A DNA stretch of 64,000 nucleotides from contig OZ024741.1 of NCBI GenBank assembly GCA_964016885.1, positions 119,784,001 through 119,848,000 on the forward strand, read 5' to 3'. Every line of letters starts with the position of its first letter. Position 1 is the stretch's first letter. A program made the translations under genes and the position numbers. The DNA comes from Eledone cirrhosa. Lineage: Eukaryota. Of this stretch, positions 58,701 through 64,000 are shown in pieces. The notes below the pieces were generated by a model. The model was not told where the DNA came from. It made no database searches and worked only from the letters and a program-made list of their open reading frames with translations.

Positions 58701-60327
58701 ACTCTAGACGCTTAAAGAAGTCTGGCCGTGATTGCGATTGCCCGGTCGGGGCATAAACGGCCACCAGTCTGAAGGCTCCTCCTCCAATACTGTTCACGTC
58801 TAGGACTACCAGTCTACCCTCCGGGTCCAAGTGTACTTGCTGTACTTCGACGTCCAGGTTCTTCCGAAACATGACAGCCACTCCCCCTCCACCTCCTGGC
58901 TGACAGAAAGATGCGTAGATCTCAAAGTCGTCAAAGATGGGGGTTAGTTGCTGCCTGTTGTGCATCCTGAACTCGTTGATGGCTATCACATCCATACTGT
59001 GTGACCTAAGGTTGTTTCCAGGGCATCCCGCGGCCACGCACATATACGCTTCCAACTCGTAAACTAGCCATGCTGGTGAAGAAGAGTTGGAGAAAAAGTA
59101 TGAAAAGGTGCACTTACCTTTTCGTTTCCTGGAGATCGGGTTGTTCAATCTCCATTTGGATGCTGGAGGAGGTGTTGGTTGGAGTGGGGAAACATTTTAA
59201 CAGGACGCGGTTGATGGGTTTCTGGCAGGGGTTGCCCACGTCCTGCGAAAATTTATTTTTCAAGTCACTATAGGTCTCCATAGAAACCCTTATAAGTTTA
59301 AGGTGTGGAGACGATTCTGCTTGACGAAAGTTTGGCCCTCCGTCTCCACCTTGGGTTTTTGGGAGATGACCTCCATCAAACTCTTGTTGTTTGTGTTGTT
59401 GTTTGTGTATTGTTTGTGTTTTTGTTGTGTTGTTTTAGTTTGTTGTTCGTCCGGGAGTTTTCTTTTTATGGTGGGTGCTTGTGTTTGGGGTGGTGTTGGT
59501 GTTGGTTTTGCAGGTAGGGGTATGTTTGACTGTAGTGTTGTTTGTGTTATTGTTTGTGTCTGTGGTTGTGTGTTGGTGTTGGTGATTGGAGTTTTGGTGG
59601 TCTTGTGGTGCCTCTTTTTTTGTTTTTTAGATTTCCTTCTTCTTCACTTAAAGAAGGAGAAGCAGCCTCATCTGTTGTTGAATAATCATCGTCAGGAGTG
59701 TGGGGTAGGGGTATGTTGTGTGGTGGTGGTGTTTCGGTGTGTGTATTTGTGGTAGTGTTTGATGGAGTGGGATGGGTGGGGCTGTGTTCTTCAGGGGTGT
59801 TGTCTGTGTTTTTTCTGTTGTTGTTGGTTGAGTGGCTGTTTGTTTTGGTGTGTTTGCTTGTTTCGTGAGTTATTGTTGTTGTGGTGATGGTTGTTTATGC
59901 GGCTGTTGTTGTCCACCAGCACTTTTTCTGGTATTTTGGAGATTCTTTCCGGGCTCATTTGCACCAGAATCTCCAAATTTGTACCAGACCAGGTGTGTCT
60001 GGTTGTCTTTTAATGGAGAAAATGGTGTCTTTTCTCTCTTCTAAAAATCCTGCCAATATCCACCAAATATTAATATTTGGTGGTATGTTTGTAATTCTGA
60101 TATTTTGTGTCCTTTTTCCCAGGATATAGGGAAAAAGGTGTATTTTTTTGACAGTATTGGCGTCACTGATTATCTTTGTACAAGGGCCTCGCTTTTGAGG
60201 ATTACCGACATATTCCCGTACTGTTTGGCCCTCTGCATAAAGCCAACGTCTAGCAATATCTCCTTCAAGGTTGCTTCAATTTCCCCTTGACTGAGGAATG
60301 CTGGTCGTTTTGTTTCATTTGGAACAG

Positions 60328-60394
60328 TTCTGAAGGTAATTGTCCTTATTATTCTGAAGGTAATTGTCCTTATTATTCCGAAGGTAATTGTCCT
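60328..60394. repeat. 24-bp tandem repeat (~2.8 copies) at the Tx1 5' truncation
   Basis: TTCTGAAGGTAATTGTCCTTATTA x2 plus a partial copy. Confidence 0.9.
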
Positions 60395-63300
60395 ATATCT
60401 CTATGTATATATCGATATCTATAACTATATGTATATGTTGATACCTATATCTATATCTATATGTTGATATCTATATCTATATATGTATGTCGATATCTAT
60501 ATCTATATCTATATCTATATCTATACGTATATGTCGATATCTATATCTCTATGTATATGTTGATATCTATATCGCTATGTGTATGTTGATATCTATATCT
60601 ATATGTATATGTCGATATCTATATCTATATGTATATGTTGATACCTATATCTATATGTATATGTCGATATCTATATCTATATGTATATGTAGATATCTAT
60701 ATCTCCATATATATGTTGATATCTATATATCTATGTGTACGTTGATATCTATATCTATATGTATATGTCGATAGCTATATCTATATGTATATGTCGTATA
60801 TGTCGATATCTATATCCATATGTATATGTTGACATCTATATCTACATCTATATGTATATGTTGATATCTATATCTATATGTATATGTCGATATCTATATC
60901 TATATCTATATCTATATGTATATGTTGATATCTATATCTATCTGTATATGTTGATATCTATATCTATATGTATATGTCGATATTTATATCTATATGTATA
61001 TGTTGATATCTATAACTATATGTATATGTCGATATCTACATCTATATCTATATGTATATGTTGATATCTATATCTATATGTATATGTTGATATCTATATC
61101 TATATCCATATGTATATGTCGATATCTACATCTATATGTATATGTTGATATCTATATCTATATGTAAATGTTGATATCTATATCTATATGTATATGTCGA
61201 TATCTATATGTATATATTCATACATATATCTATATGTATATGTCGATATCTATATCTCTATGGATATGTCGATATCTATATCTATATGTTTATGTTGATA
61301 GCTATATCTATATGTATATGTCAATATCTATATCTATATGTATATGTAGATATCTATATCTATATGTATATGTCAATATCTATATCTCTATGTATATGTC
61401 GATATCTATATCTATATCTATATGTCGATATCTATATCTATATGTAAATGTTGATATCTATATCTATATATATATGTTGATATCTATATGTATATGTATA
61501 TGTTGATATCTATATCTATATGTATATGTTGATATCTATATCTATATGTATATGTTGATACCTATATCGATATGTATATGTTGATATTTATATCTATATG
61601 TATATGTTGATATATATATCTATATGTCTATGTCGATATATATATCTATATCTATATCTATATGTACATGTTGATAGCTATAACTATATGTATATGTATA
61701 TGTCGATATCTATATATCTATGTATATGTCGATATCTACATCAATATCTATATGTTGATATCTATATCTATATGTATATGTTGATATCTATATTTATATC
61801 TATATGTGTATGTCGATATCTATATCTATATGTCGAAAGCTATATCTATATGTGTATATTGATATCTATATTTATATGTATATGTTGATATCTATATCTA
61901 TATGTATATGTTGATATCTATATCTATATGTATATGTATATGTCGATATCTATATCTATATGTAGATGTTGATATCTATATCTATATGTTTATGTATATG
62001 TCGATATCTATAACTATATGTATCTGTCGATATATCTATCTATATCTATATGTATATGTCGATATCTATATGTATATGTTGATATATATATATCTATATG
62101 TATATCTATATGTATATGTCGATATCTATATCTATATGGATATGTCGATATCTATATCTATATGTATATGTCGATATCTATATCTCTATGTATATGTCGA
62201 TATCTATATATATATGGCGATATCAATATCTCTATGTATATATCGATATCTATATCTATATTTATATGTCGATATCTATATGTATATGTTGATACTTATA
62301 TCTAGATTTATATGTTGATATCTATATCTCTATATGTATGTCGATATCTATATCTATATCTATACGTATATGTCGATATCTCTATCTCTATCTATATGTT
62401 GATATCTATATCTTTATGTGTACGTTGATATCTATATGTATATGTCGATATCTATATCTATATGTATATGTTGATACCTATATCTATATGTATATATCGA
62501 TATCTATATCTATATGTATATGTAGATATCTATCTCTCTCTATATATGTTGATATCTATATCTCTATGTGTACGTTGATATCTATATCTATATGTATATG
62601 TCGATATCTATATCTATATGTATATGTCGTATATGTTGACATCTATATCTATATCTATATGTATATGTTGATATCTATATCTATATGTATATGTCGATAT
62701 CTATATCTATATCTATATGTATATGTTGATATCTATATCGATATCTAACTGTATATGTTGATATATATATCTATATGTATATGTCGATTTCTATATCTAT
62801 ATCTATATCTATATCTATATGTATATGTCAATATTTATATCTATATGTATATGTTGATATCTATATCTATATGTATATGTCGATATCTATATGTATATGT
62901 TGATATATATATCTATATGTATATGTATATGTCGATATCTATATCTATATGGATATGTAGATATCTATATCTATATCGATATGTCGATATTTATATCTAC
63001 ATGTTTATGTTGATATCTATATCTATATGTATCTGTTGATATCTATATCTCTATGTATATGTCGATATCTATATCTATATCTATATGTCGATATCTATAT
63101 CTATATGTATATGTTGATATCTATATCTATATGTATATGTTGATATCTATATGTATATGTATATATTGATATCTATATCTATATTTATCGTTTTCGGTGC
63201 GCCTGGCCGACTGAACTCACTCGATATGCAAATTAGGCTGCTCAGCCGTTAATTTTCATAAGGAAAGTATATACTTTCGAACGTTCAACCATCTGGCAGA

Positions 63301-64000
63301 AGGGTATACGGTGCTGACGATAGCTAACAAGCTTGAAACTAGTACATCGTTCCTGTGTCAGTGTTGAAAAAAAAAAAGGTGACGTGGTAGCCTTAACACC
63401 ATACGGCATAAATCAGGCTGTCCGTTTCTTTACAAACGGACAAAGCGAACGTTATAATAAACGTTCGCTAAACTGATAGGTACATATATATATGTGTACC
63501 TGTATGTATATATATATATATATATATATGCATGCTACTGTACGTCTGTATACATATATGTATGTACGTATACATACATACTTATATCTATATGTATTTG
63601 TTGATATCTATATCTATATCTATATCTATGTGTATATGTTGATACCTATATCGATATGTATATATTGATATTTATATCTACATGTATATGTTGATATCTA
63701 TATGTATATGTCGATATCTATATCTATATCTATATGTTCATATCTATATCTATATGTACATGTTGATAGCTATATCTATATGTATATGTATATGTAGATA
63801 TCTATATCTCTATGTATATGTCGATATCTACATCTATAACTATATGTTGATATCTATATCTATATGTATATGTTGATATCTATATTTATATCTATATGTG
63901 TATGTCGATATCTCTATCTATATGTATATGTTGATAGCTATATCTATATGTATATGTCGATATCTATATCTATATGTCGATAGCTATATCTATATGTATA
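60395..64000. repeat. AT-rich satellite of TATATC/TATATG hexamers (~26-bp unit GATATCTATATCTATATGTATATGT[T/C])
   Basis: Direct reading; runs off the window end. Confidence 0.93.
63183..63587 (-). repeat. Inverted copy of the unclassified repeat at ~33893-34258, embedded in the satellite
   Basis: Shared blocks, e.g. actcactcgatatgcaaattaggctgctca and aagcttgaaactag. Confidence 0.88.

Larger units (their letters stand above)
50327..60394 (-). mobile_element. Degenerate Tx1 of a divergent subfamily (ORF1 5'-truncated at ~60394; ORF2 59071-50562), inflated by an internal minisatellite
   Basis: ORF2 MASLRVGSVYVRG...GPGYWKLN...NFRPITLLN...YADV...[14 protein letters not shown]; ORF1 remnant RTITFRTV...; 3' UTR hairpin and TTGTGGCAAATAAAGAAA. 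Confidence 0.9.

Noticed and set aside
60487-63876. [13 protein letters not shown]-type ORFs
   Set aside because: Translations of the satellite.

Overview
Eukaryotic, TE-saturated window. The SINE and microsatellite content looks octopod-cephalopod-like, but this is inference only. 1-18.8 kb is a head-to-tail array of intact ~6.03-kb Tx1-group (L1-superfamily) non-LTR retrotransposons on the minus strand. Each carries ORF1 (CCHC knuckle) and ORF2 (APE-RT-Zn), copies are joined only by (AAT)n tracts, and they form an A/B higher-order dimer with a 12,148-bp period. At least six older Tx1 relics of other subfamilies follow. Also present: a tRNA-derived SINE whose 3' end resembles the Tx1 3' end, a Helitron containing a Penelope element with a hammerhead-like motif, R4/RTE/CRE fragments, one intronless host 7TM receptor CDS (41.3-43.3 kb), a 287-unit 18-bp minisatellite expanded in-frame from a Tx1 ORF2, and a terminal AT-rich satellite. 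The strongest candidate novel system is an (ATT)n-tail/target Tx1 LINE with a swappable, structured 5' module, a conserved GGTAAGTG splice-donor-like motif at the ORF1/ORF2 boundary, and a probable partner SINE. Identities and difference counts are by-eye estimates; no database searches were run.
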